From positions 26,148-90,147 of the forward strand of contig CBFIEM010000011.1 of the NCBI GenBank assembly GCA_965661625.1: 64,000 nt of DNA. The letters run 5' to 3'. The notes under the pieces were generated by a model. That model did no database searches. It was not told the origin of the DNA and was given only the letters and a program-made list of their open reading frames with translations. The position numbers and the translations under genes were made by a program. Shown here piece by piece: positions 8,844-17,941 of this stretch. This DNA is from Salibacteraceae bacterium. Lineage in GTDB: Bacteria > Bacteroidota > Bacteroidia > Flavobacteriales_G > Salibacteraceae. Each line of letters opens with the position of its first letter. Position 1 is the stretch's first letter.

Positions 8844-8872
8844 TATCAATTGATTAATATCAATTGACAAGC
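8831..8872. repeat. 14-bp tandem repeat (2 perfect copies plus 1 partial), each containing the palindrome ATCAATTGA
   Basis: ATCAATTGATTAAT / ATCAATTGATTAAT / ATCAATTGACAAGC. The first copy includes the TAA stop (8841-8843) of the TPR gene. Confidence 0.9.
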
Positions 8873-8957
8873 AAAATGCTCCTTAATTTTATACATACAA
8901 ACCCGTTTCTTCATATTCCTTTAAGTACATTTGCCGCCCATTTTGGTATACATTTTT

Positions 8958-10571
8958 ATGAAAAGAATATTCAACAATTTCATTGGTGACCCTAAAAGCG
9001 ACATTTTCTCAGGCTTAACAGTGGCACTTGCCCTGGTGCCTGAGGCCGTTGCTTTCGCATTTGTAGCCGGTATTGACCCACTTGTTGGGCTTTATGGAGC
9101 ATTTATGATGGGATTAATCACATCTCTTTTTGGTGGCCGACCAGGAATGATTTCTGGTGCTACCGGAGCAATGGCTGTAGTAATGGTACATCTCATACAG
9201 AAAGGCAATGAAGTGGGATTAGAGCTCACTCAACCCATAGATCAACTGGGGTTAAAGTGGCTATTCATCACCTTGTTGATTGTAGGTGCCATTCAAATAA
9301 GCGCAGGCATACTAAAGCTCGGTAAATTTGTTCGCCTTATTCCACACCCCGTTATGCTCGGGTTTGTAAATGGGCTAGCCATTGTTATTTTCATGTCACA
9401 GCTAGGCATGTTCAAAACGTTACAAGATGGCCAAATGGCCTGGATGACAGGTTCTGATTTAGTAATGATGTTGGGATTGGTTGGCCTAACCATGGGGATC
9501 ATGTTTGGTCTTCCAAAGCTCAATAAGAAACTTCCTGCTGCATTGATTGCAATTGTTGTTGTTGCAGTAATAAAGATTGGAGCCGGGCTTGAAGTTAGTA
9601 CTGTAGGATCCTTTATTCAAGATGGCGGTGGATCTGGTTTAAAAGGATCCCTTCCAACCTTTCAAACGGATTTGTTTGCAGTATTTGGAACCCTTGTCGG
9701 TCATTGGAGCCTCATTATTTCTACAGCATTTATACTCGCTGCAGTTGGTTTAATTGAATCGTTAATGACCTTGAACCTGATTGATGAATTAACAGAAAGT
9801 CGTGGAAGTGGAAATCGCGAATGTATAGCACAAGGTGCTGCAAATACAGTGAATGGACTTTTTGGAGGAATGGGTGGTTGCGCTATGATCGGGCAATCGA
9901 TAATTAATGTAAACTCCGGTGGTAGAGGAAGACTTTCTGGTTTAGTTGCTGCTCTTGCCCTACTCTCTTTTATCCTTTTCGGAGCCCCATTAATTGAACA
10001 AATTCCAATTGGAGCATTGGTTGGTGTGATGTTTATGGTTGTTATTGGAACATTCGCTTGGAGTAGTTTTAGAATTATTCGGAAGATTCCAGTCGCAGAT
10101 GCAATTGTTTTAGTAGCTGTATCGGCTATTACCGTGTGGCAGGATCTTGCTATCGCCGTGGTATCTGGCGTTATCATTTCAGCGCTTGTTTTTGCTTGGA
10201 AAAACGCTACGATGATCCGAGCTCGTAAGCGACTGAAAGAAGATGGAACACGGGTTTATGAGATTTGGGGGCCACTATTTTTTGGTTCCGTACAATCATT
10301 CAACAGTAAGTTTGACATTAAAAATGACCCAAAACATATTGAAATTGATTTTATTGAATCACGTGTAAGCGATCATTCAGGGATAGAAGCCTTGACAAAC
10401 GTTATGGACAAATATTTAGATCAGGGAAAGTCTGTTACATTGACTCACCTCAGTCCGGAATGCCAGTCGTTACTTGTAAAGTCGAATGAAAATTTTAGGA
10501 AATACATCCAAGCAAGCATTGATGACCCTCGCTATTATGTAGTGACTGACTTAATGGATGCAGAGGTTTAA
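8958..10571 (+). CDS. SulP family inorganic anion transporter with C-terminal STAS domain
   Basis: 'DIFSGLTVALALVPEAVAFAFVAG' and 'NRECIAQGAANTVNGLFGGMGG' are SulP signatures. The C-terminal 'VYEIWGPLFFGS' block is STAS-like. Start set at ATG 8958. Confidence 0.85.
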   Translation: MKRIFNNFIGDPKSDIFSGLTVALALVPEAVAFAFVAGIDPLVGLYGAFMMGLITSLFGGRPGMISGATGAMAVVMVHLIQKGNEVGLELTQPIDQLGLKWLFITLLIVGAIQISAGILKLGKFVRLIPHPVMLGFVNGLAIVIFMSQLGMFKTLQDGQMAWMTGSDLVMMLGLVGLTMGIMFGLPKLNKKLPAALIAIVVVAVIKIGAGLEVSTVGSFIQDGGGSGLKGSLPTFQTDLFAVFGTLVGHWSLIISTAFILAAVGLIESLMTLNLIDELTESRGSGNRECIAQGAANTVNGLFGGMGGCAMIGQSIINVNSGGRGRLSGLVAALALLSFILFGAPLIEQIPIGALVGVMFMVVIGTFAWSSFRIIRKIPVADAIVLVAVSAITVWQDLAIAVVSGVIISALVFAWKNATMIRARKRLKEDGTRVYEIWGPLFFGSVQSFNSKFDIKNDPKHIEIDFIESRVSDHSGIEALTNVMDKYLDQGKSVTLTHLSPECQSLLVKSNENFRKYIQASIDDPRYYVVTDLMDAEV

Positions 10572-10687
10572 TAAAAACATTGAATATCAAACAATTAGTA
10601 GTTTTGTTTGTCGTTTCTTTACAGCCTGACGTTAACAACTTTATGAAAATAGTTAAGCTCACTTTTTAGTTTCTAACTGATCCCAAT

Positions 10688-10695
10688 TATATTTG
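10688..10695 (+). promoter_or_regulatory. candidate Bacteroidota -7 promoter box (TAnnTTTG)
   Basis: TATATTTG lies 21 nt upstream of ATG 10717. It matches the published Bacteroidetes sigma-A -7 consensus. No -33 element was assessed. Confidence 0.4.
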
Positions 10696-10716
10696 GGGAA
10701 ATCAAGAATAACATAC

Positions 10717-11823
10717 ATGGATCAACCAGTAGTAAAATTTAACACTCAAGACCAACCTGAATTTTTTAAGGCACTTCGGAAGAATGTCAACAATTACTTC
10801 AAAGAGAATAACATATCGAAGTATGCTAACATGAGTATGGTTTTGAAAACCGTATTTATGTTATCCCTCTACTTTGGACCAATGATTCTTCTTTTGACCG
10901 GAATTGTCAACACCTTTTGGATATCAATGTTAATGTGGACATTAATGGGTCTAGGCATGTCGGGTATAGGGCTTTCAGTGATGCATGATGCCAATCACGG
11001 TGCTTATTCAAAAAATGCAGTTGTAAATAATGTACTTGGATTTTTATCTAATTTCTTAGGTGCTTATCACATTAATTGGAAAATTCAGCACAATGTATTG
11101 CACCATAGCTTTACGAATGTAGAAGGAATGGATGAGGATATCCAAAATCCAGTAATGCGATTTTCCCCAGGACAGGAGCGCAAGCCAATCTTTAAATATC
11201 AGGCGTTTTATGCTCCTTTCCTCTATGGATTAATGACAATCAATTGGTTTTTGGTTAAAGATATTCAGCAGCTCATTCGTTACAAAAAGAAAAACTTAAT
11301 TTCGACTCAGGGTCTAAGCTTTAAAACCGCAATGCGGAAAATGCTATTCAACAAATTATGGTATATCACCCTAACTTTAATTATTCCCATGATTGTTATG
11401 GAATTACCCTGGTATCAGGTTGTACTTGGATTTCTCTTGATGCAATTTATATGTGGGTTAATGCTGGCACTCATCTTTCAACCGGCACACGTAATTGAGA
11501 ATACGATGTATGCAACTCCAAGTCCTACGGGAACTGTTGAAAACAGTTGGGCAATCCACCAAATGCTTACAACCACCAATTTTGCGAACAAAAGCAGGTT
11601 GTTTTCATGGTTTATAGGTGGGCTCAACTTTCAAATTGAACACCACCTATTCCCAAATATCTGCCACATTCACTACAAGAGAATTTCTAAAATAGTACAG
11701 GAAACAGCCAAAGAATATGGCGTTCCTTATTATCAGCATAAAACGTTCGCAAGCGCAGTGAAAAGTCACTTCGCTATTTTGAACAAGCTAGGCACTGGTG
11801 CCTACGATAAAAGCATGGCTTAA
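10717..11823 (+). CDS. membrane fatty acid desaturase
   Basis: Three histidine boxes: 'HDANHG', 'HNVLHH', 'QIEHHLFP'. Hydrophobic segments lie between them. Confidence 0.85.
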   Translation: MDQPVVKFNTQDQPEFFKALRKNVNNYFKENNISKYANMSMVLKTVFMLSLYFGPMILLLTGIVNTFWISMLMWTLMGLGMSGIGLSVMHDANHGAYSKNAVVNNVLGFLSNFLGAYHINWKIQHNVLHHSFTNVEGMDEDIQNPVMRFSPGQERKPIFKYQAFYAPFLYGLMTINWFLVKDIQQLIRYKKKNLISTQGLSFKTAMRKMLFNKLWYITLTLIIPMIVMELPWYQVVLGFLLMQFICGLMLALIFQPAHVIENTMYATPSPTGTVENSWAIHQMLTTTNFANKSRLFSWFIGGLNFQIEHHLFPNICHIHYKRISKIVQETAKEYGVPYYQHKTFASAVKSHFAILNKLGTGAYDKSMA

Positions 11824-11829
11824 ACCGAA

Positions 11830-13494
11830 TTAATCGGAAGCCACTTCTACAAGTGGTCTTCCTTTAGAACCATTTTGTTTGAAGGCGCTAAGAATTTTCT
11901 TAGCGTCTTTTTCTTTTACAGTAACGAACGAGAAGCTTTTAAGAACTTTCACTCCGTTAATGTCTCTTCCAAATACGCCTGTTTTACGCTCGAGAAAACG
12001 AATTAAATCAACAGTTCCCATGCCGTCCATCTTACCTTTTTTGATAAAAAGACGAACCTGATCACCGCTTTGGACAGGTCGTTTTCCGCCACGGTCATTG
12101 CCTCCTTTACTTCCACGACGTTCATTTCTATTGCGATCTCTTGGTCCAGAATCATTGCCATCCCTGCGCTTTATAGGGGCATTAATGTCTAAGTATTTAG
12201 AAGCATCTAAATCCCTACCATAATGTAACTGCAATAATGCGCTCATTGCCTTTTCAATTGGCAATTGGTCAGCAATAAGAGCAACCATAGGATCTATCTT
12301 ATCTCCTGCATTTTCAGCACGATCTACGAGTTGATGGATGATTGATTGACGCTTTATTTCAACCATATCCTTACCTGTAGGTAAAGTTTCTTGCTTGATA
12401 ACCTGATCAACAGCACGATTGATCCGATTAAATAACTGGCGATCTCCTGGATTAACCAATGTTATGGCCAACCCTTCTTTTCCTGCCCTACCCGTTCTAC
12501 CTATTCTGTGCGTATACGTTTCTGAATCTTGAGGTACAGAAACATTTACAACATGAGTTAGGTCATTCACATCAATACCCCTGGCGGCAACATCAGTTGC
12601 AACAAGTATAGAAAGTGAACGGTTTCGAAAACGGCCAAGAATTTGCTCTCGAGCATGCTGATTAATTTCTCCGTGCAATCCATCTGCACGGTAGCCACGC
12701 TCAACGAGTTCATTACTTATTTGATCAACATCTCTTCTGGTACGGCAAAAAACAATACCATAGAAAGATGGCGCCATATCAATGATGCGCTCTAATGCAG
12801 GCAATTTATCCTGTACGCGAACTTCAAAATAAATTTGACGTGTAAGGCTGGTTGTTTTAGTGCGATTTACTTTGACTAGTTCATAGTCTGTCATAAATTC
12901 TTCTGCAAGCTTTTGTATTGCCTTTGGCATTGTTGCAGAAAATAAGACCACACGCTTATGAGATGGCGTTGCTGACAAGATATTACGCACATCATCAATA
13001 AAGCCCATGTTAAGCATCTCATCAGCTTCATCTAATACTACGTGAGTTATTTCGTGTAGCTTCAATTCTTTGCGCTTCATAAGATCTTGAACACGACCAG
13101 GGGTACCAACAACGATATCAACTCCTTTTCGAAGGGCCTTAATTTGGCGAGATATATCAGAACCACCGTATACACATGTTATGCGATGCTTGCGATTTCC
13201 GACGAAGCTTTCAATCTCCTGAGCAACTTGAATCGCCAGCTCTCTTGTTGGCGCCAATACAATTGCTTGAGGATGAGACATCCCAGGCTCTAATTGCTCG
13301 ATTAAAGGAATACCAAATGCAGCGGTTTTACCTGTTCCTGTTTGAGCCTGACCTATGATGTCTTGCTCTTGATTCAGTAAAATTGGAATAGTTGCTGCTT
13401 GAATGGGGCTTGGTTCAGAGAACCCTTTAGAAGCTATCGCCTCTAGAGTTGTTGCAGATAGCCCCATATCTGCAAACGAAATTGTTTGTGACAT
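11830..13494 (-). CDS. deaD: DEAD-box ATP-dependent RNA helicase with DbpA-type C-terminal RNA-binding domain
   Basis: Q motif 'GFSEPSPIQ', 'AQTGTGKT', 'PTRELA', 'DEAD', 'SAT', 'HRIGRTGRAG'. Gly/Arg-rich linker and a DbpA-like tail. Start set at ATG 13494 (MSQTISFADMGL). Confidence 0.9.
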   Translation of the reverse strand: MSQTISFADMGLSATTLEAIASKGFSEPSPIQAATIPILLNQEQDIIGQAQTGTGKTAAFGIPLIEQLEPGMSHPQAIVLAPTRELAIQVAQEIESFVGNRKHRITCVYGGSDISRQIKALRKGVDIVVGTPGRVQDLMKRKELKLHEITHVVLDEADEMLNMGFIDDVRNILSATPSHKRVVLFSATMPKAIQKLAEEFMTDYELVKVNRTKTTSLTRQIYFEVRVQDKLPALERIIDMAPSFYGIVFCRTRRDVDQISNELVERGYRADGLHGEINQHAREQILGRFRNRSLSILVATDVAARGIDVNDLTHVVNVSVPQDSETYTHRIGRTGRAGKEGLAITLVNPGDRQLFNRINRAVDQVIKQETLPTGKDMVEIKRQSIIHQLVDRAENAGDKIDPMVALIADQLPIEKAMSALLQLHYGRDLDASKYLDINAPIKRRDGNDSGPRDRNRNERRGSKGGNDRGGKRPVQSGDQVRLFIKKGKMDGMGTVDLIRFLERKTGVFGRDINGVKVLKSFSFVTVKEKDAKKILSAFKQNGSKGRPLVEVASD

Positions 13495-13854
13495 GAAATT
13501 GACTGTAAATGAGCTGCAAAGGTAATTAATAAAGCTTACCGAATACAGGCCATGCTTTACAACCCCAATAATGAATGGTAGCGGCACTTACAATTCAAAA
13601 CGATGATTCTTGTGAATGGAATATCGCGAGGGAATAATCGGATAAAAGCAATAATTAAACGTTCAATACCATCATGCAGCTTAGAAGAAGTATCCCCAGA
13701 TAAAGTTAAATTGGAAAATCCAGCGGGGCATGCAGTTATTATCCTGTATGAATTAAACTGCGTTAAACATTAAATTTCTACCACGTTTAAATCAATTCAT
13801 TCCTTTCCTGCAAATGCTATCAATACTATGAAAGGACAATTGTAATTTTCACAT

Positions 13855-15591
13855 ATGATACGATTTCGGTTCTTACTACCAGTAACACTCTGTTTAATTG
13901 CATTTGCGGCTAATGCACAAAAGCAACAATTCAGTCTTTCTGGATACATTAAAGATGCAAAGACAGGTAATCCCCTTCCCTACGTTCACGTTGTAAACGA
14001 ATCTAACAATAAGGGAGTCATATCTGATACAGCCGGTTTCTTTAAGTTATCCTATGCCACTGGAACAGACGTTATTTTATTTTCTTTTATTGGGTTTCAG
14101 CGTCTTGAATTACAAGCTCAGGAATTACAAGGAAACAAAACGATCTTGCTTGAACCTGCAATTACAACCCTTAATGAATATCGGGTTTTTGCAGAAAAGG
14201 ACTTTATGTATGATATGGTTGCAAATTTATCGGCACTGACCCCTGCAAATCCTGATGTAGGCAGAACGTATTATACTTTGCAATCGCAAGTAGATGATTT
14301 TCAAGTAGAGCTTGTGGAAGGCTATTACAACGGATACTATAAGGGGTACGATGTCGAAGAATTTCAACTTAAAAACGGCAGAATTGCTTTAAGGCCATAT
14401 AAAGCAAGGTATTTCACATCCCTTTCTACCTCAAAAGCCATTTACTTGCATAAACTATTTGATCATAACCTTTACTTTCCATCTAGTCCGCTGGAGTACA
14501 GTAAGCGCAGGCTCCAAAAGAAGTTTGAACTGTCCCTTATAAAACGTTACGTTGAAAATGGTGCTGTTTTATATCAATTAGAATTCAAACCCATACAGGA
14601 TGAAGACTATGCTTTTCACGGCACAATGTGGATTGACTCCACTCATAACACGTTAGCCATGATTAAATTGATTGATTCAGATTCAAAACGCCACCCCTTT
14701 CTCCCAATGTTCCCAGATGACACACTTAATCGTATTGACCTAGAACTCACTAAACGCTATAAAACTAATGGAAAGCAAACACAGGTACAGTCCATTGATT
14801 TCAATTATAACATTGGTTATACAGCTCGCGGCGGACTGAAATATCTAGTCAATACTTCAGCCATTATGTATGCTTACAATTTCGAAGAACCATTTGTTGC
14901 TCCATTTTTCAATTATGCTGAATCCTGTGAAAGGGACTATGCGAAAATTAACAGCACTCCTTACAATGAGTATTTCTGGGAATCAATTGATGAATTTACC
15001 CTGAGTGAAGCTACCGATGCCAATGAAAACTATTTCTCGAAGTATGCTTCAGTAACCAACCGTACTTTATTTACGCAATACATTCACAAAACTGCTCATT
15101 TTCTGGAAAACCCTTTTGTTACGTGGTCCGATAAGCGCATTACCTTCCGATATGCAGAGCAAGCTAACGATTACAATGATGTCCATTCACAAGTATTGCC
15201 ATCCTCGCGGTATAACCTAGACGTAGAGATCTACATGGATGTCAATCAATTTGACGACAGTGTGCATGTTATCAGTCAAACCGTATTCGATCCATATGAA
15301 TCTTTTTACCATTTTAAACTGGATTCGGCCGGTAGAGCCTTTATTAATATTTATTTTGACTTGGTTGAGATTGAAAGGCGAGCATTTGAATCGAATATTC
15401 AGCATGAGGATAGAACTGTTCAAGATGTGATCGAAGCGTATCGTGCAACGCAAAACAGGTTAGAAACTTTAACTACCACCTACCTCTCCGATACCGAAAG
15501 GGGAAGAAACATTACGGGTCTAAAAAAGTGGAATCAGCATGTTAATGACCACTTAGGCATTGATAACATGCAATACTTCATGAGTGACTGA
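13855..15591 (+). CDS. secreted protein with N-terminal carboxypeptidase-regulatory-like domain
   Basis: Signal peptide, then 'LSGYIKDAKTGNPLPYVHVVNESNNKGVISDTAGFFKL', which is typical of CarboxypepD_reg-like domains. I did not recognise the remainder. Confidence 0.5.
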   Translation: MIRFRFLLPVTLCLIAFAANAQKQQFSLSGYIKDAKTGNPLPYVHVVNESNNKGVISDTAGFFKLSYATGTDVILFSFIGFQRLELQAQELQGNKTILLEPAITTLNEYRVFAEKDFMYDMVANLSALTPANPDVGRTYYTLQSQVDDFQVELVEGYYNGYYKGYDVEEFQLKNGRIALRPYKARYFTSLSTSKAIYLHKLFDHNLYFPSSPLEYSKRRLQKKFELSLIKRYVENGAVLYQLEFKPIQDEDYAFHGTMWIDSTHNTLAMIKLIDSDSKRHPFLPMFPDDTLNRIDLELTKRYKTNGKQTQVQSIDFNYNIGYTARGGLKYLVNTSAIMYAYNFEEPFVAPFFNYAESCERDYAKINSTPYNEYFWESIDEFTLSEATDANENYFSKYASVTNRTLFTQYIHKTAHFLENPFVTWSDKRITFRYAEQANDYNDVHSQVLPSSRYNLDVEIYMDVNQFDDSVHVISQTVFDPYESFYHFKLDSAGRAFINIYFDLVEIERRAFESNIQHEDRTVQDVIEAYRATQNRLETLTTTYLSDTERGRNITGLKKWNQHVNDHLGIDNMQYFMSD

Positions 15592-15641
15592 CATTTCATA
15601 AAAATAAAACATATTTGTACCTACATGCATTAAGGTAAGCC

Positions 15642-16763
15642 ATGGCAAACAATTCACGAAGGTCATTTATTGAACAACTTACGGTTTTATCCACACTATT
15701 TGTAACACCTACGCTTTGGTCGTGGAAATCAAAAAAGTCAAAGCAACAACGTATGAAAGATGCCATATTAAATGTAAAGCCCTTGGGATTTGTTTGGGAA
15801 ACTCAAGACCCTTTTTTATTCTGTGTTCATCACGAGGACTTTTTTCCAAAAGGCAATTCACAAATGGGACCAGATGAATCACTATCTGGCAGACATTTAG
15901 GGCAAGATTTTGTAATTAAAGACGGCTATCGCATGTATCACGGGGATGTTGTTCCCGGTTTTCCCGCCCATCCACATAAAGGCTTTGAAACAATCACAGC
16001 AGTGCGAGATGGATATGTTGACCATGCTGACTCTTTAGGTGCTGCTGGAAGGTATGGAAATGGAGATGTACAATGGATGACGGCAGGAAAGGGAGTTCAA
16101 CATTCAGAAATGTTTCCACTTCTTCATGAAGATAAAACCAACCGCATGGAGCTTTTTCAAATTTGGCTAAATCTCCCCTCAAGTAGTAAACATGTAGAGC
16201 CTTATTTCGGAATGCTCTGGAACGATACAATTCCCAAATTCACAGATAATACAGCAGGATCTACATATGTTGAAGTCATTGCCGGAAGCCTGAGAAATTA
16301 TTCAGCCCCTACCCCCCCTCCTGATTCTTGGGCAACCAACAAATCAAACCACGTTGGTGTTTTCAATATTAAAATGGAGCCAAATTCAACCTTTAGACTT
16401 GAGCCTGTAGGAAAAGAGGTAAACAGAACAATTTACTTTTATGAGGGCAATGAGTTAACTATAAATGGTCTAAACCTTAAACACTATCATTCCGCAGAAG
16501 TTGATGCAAGCATAGAACTTGAGTTAAAAACTGGAAATGAACAGGCAAGTATTCTTGTTTTACAAGGCAAGCCAATCAATGAACCAGTTGTCCAATACGG
16601 TCCATTCGTTATGAATACCCGTCAAGAAATCCAACAAGCTTTTGCAGATTTTCAGCAAACTCAATTTGGGGGATGGCCTTGGCCTAAGCGCGATCAAGTT
16701 CATGACCGTGAAAAAGGCAGGTTTGCCAAGCATGCTGATGGAAAAGTAGAGCACAAGGACTAA
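15642..16763 (+). CDS. pirin family protein with Tat-type signal peptide
   Basis: 'SRRSFIEQLTVLSTLFV' is a twin-arginine leader. Cupin motifs 'HPHKGFETIT' and 'GDVQWMTAGKGVQHSE' are pirin-like. Confidence 0.8.
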   Translation: MANNSRRSFIEQLTVLSTLFVTPTLWSWKSKKSKQQRMKDAILNVKPLGFVWETQDPFLFCVHHEDFFPKGNSQMGPDESLSGRHLGQDFVIKDGYRMYHGDVVPGFPAHPHKGFETITAVRDGYVDHADSLGAAGRYGNGDVQWMTAGKGVQHSEMFPLLHEDKTNRMELFQIWLNLPSSSKHVEPYFGMLWNDTIPKFTDNTAGSTYVEVIAGSLRNYSAPTPPPDSWATNKSNHVGVFNIKMEPNSTFRLEPVGKEVNRTIYFYEGNELTINGLNLKHYHSAEVDASIELELKTGNEQASILVLQGKPINEPVVQYGPFVMNTRQEIQQAFADFQQTQFGGWPWPKRDQVHDREKGRFAKHADGKVEHKD

Positions 16764-16819
16764 TAGCATTTACATAGTTGGCATGATTTGATCACGAGTT
16801 TCATGCACTAGTGCTATAT

Positions 16820-17827
16820 CTACCACCTTATCAAAGCACTTCCCCATGTAAATCCGCTGCCAAATGCCGCAAGACATAGCAAATCACCACTTTTTAACTT
16901 TCCTTCTTTAACACATTCGCTCAATGCTAATGGAATTGATGCTGCCGTAGTATTGCCGTAACGCATGATGTTGTTATACACCTGATCATCACCTAATCCC
17001 ATTCTTTTCTGCACGAATTGGGCAATACGCAGGTTCGCTTGATGGGGGATAAACATGTCAATTTCTTCCTTATTCAGATTAACGGCATGAAGCGCTTCAT
17101 GAATAACCTCTTGAAAACGAGTTACAGCATGTTTAAAGACAAAATTTCCATTCATATAAGGATAATATGAAGTGTCTTCAACGTCGTTTTCAGCCATCAG
17201 CTTATTCACCCAGTCTGTGGTATTTGGCTTAATCAACGCCAGTTGTTCTGCGTGTGCTCCTTCAGAATGAATGTGCGTAGTTAAAATCCCTTTTCCTTGT
17301 TCTTTAGTGGGTTGTAACACTACTGCTGCAGCCCCATCACCAAATATTACAGAGACTCCTCTTCCACGAGTAGTCTTATCTAACCCTTGGCTATGCAATT
17401 CACTTCCGATCAATAAAATATTCTTATACGTTCTGTTTTTGATATATTGATCAGCTACAGACAATCCATAAATGAATCCTGAACACTGATTCCGAATATC
17501 AAGTGCTCCAACTTCGGAAATTCCCAAATCCCTTTGAACAAGGACACCTGGCCCTGGAAAATAATAATCTGGGGAGAGTGTAGCAAAAATGATAAAATCA
17601 ACTTCAGACTTGTCTATCCCTGCTGATTCCATTGCACGTTTGGCTGCTTTTAACCCCATTACTGAAGTTGTATCATCACTTCCTTCTGGAACCCACCTGC
17701 GCTCCTCAATTCCCGTACGTTCTCTAATCCACTCATCTGAAGTATCCATTAACTTCGACAAGTCATTATTTGTGACTACATTATCTGGGACATAGTGTCC
17801 TACTCCAGCTATCTTCGTAAACAACAT
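16820..17827 (-). CDS. fabH: 3-oxoacyl-ACP synthase III
   Basis: Active-site 'NQCSGFIYGL', 'IPHQANLRI' and 'GNTTAASIPLAL' (Cys-His-Asn triad). Start set at ATG 17827, giving 335 aa. Confidence 0.9.
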   Translation of the reverse strand: MLFTKIAGVGHYVPDNVVTNNDLSKLMDTSDEWIRERTGIEERRWVPEGSDDTTSVMGLKAAKRAMESAGIDKSEVDFIIFATLSPDYYFPGPGVLVQRDLGISEVGALDIRNQCSGFIYGLSVADQYIKNRTYKNILLIGSELHSQGLDKTTRGRGVSVIFGDGAAAVVLQPTKEQGKGILTTHIHSEGAHAEQLALIKPNTTDWVNKLMAENDVEDTSYYPYMNGNFVFKHAVTRFQEVIHEALHAVNLNKEEIDMFIPHQANLRIAQFVQKRMGLGDDQVYNNIMRYGNTTAASIPLALSECVKEGKLKSGDLLCLAAFGSGFTWGSALIRW

Positions 17828-17941
17828 ATTTGTTTTGTTTTCCAGTGATTCAAGCACAATTTAAAAAAGTTGTTTTGATAATACCATTAAATTAAAGCAA
17901 CGCATTAGCTTTATTCGACGTATTAATTAAAACCCCTTGTC

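Noticed and set aside
13495-13587. N-terminal extension of the DEAD-box helicase ORF (track start 13587)
   Set aside because: The extension is hydrophobic and unlike helicase N-termini. ATG 13494 precedes the Q-motif at the usual distance.
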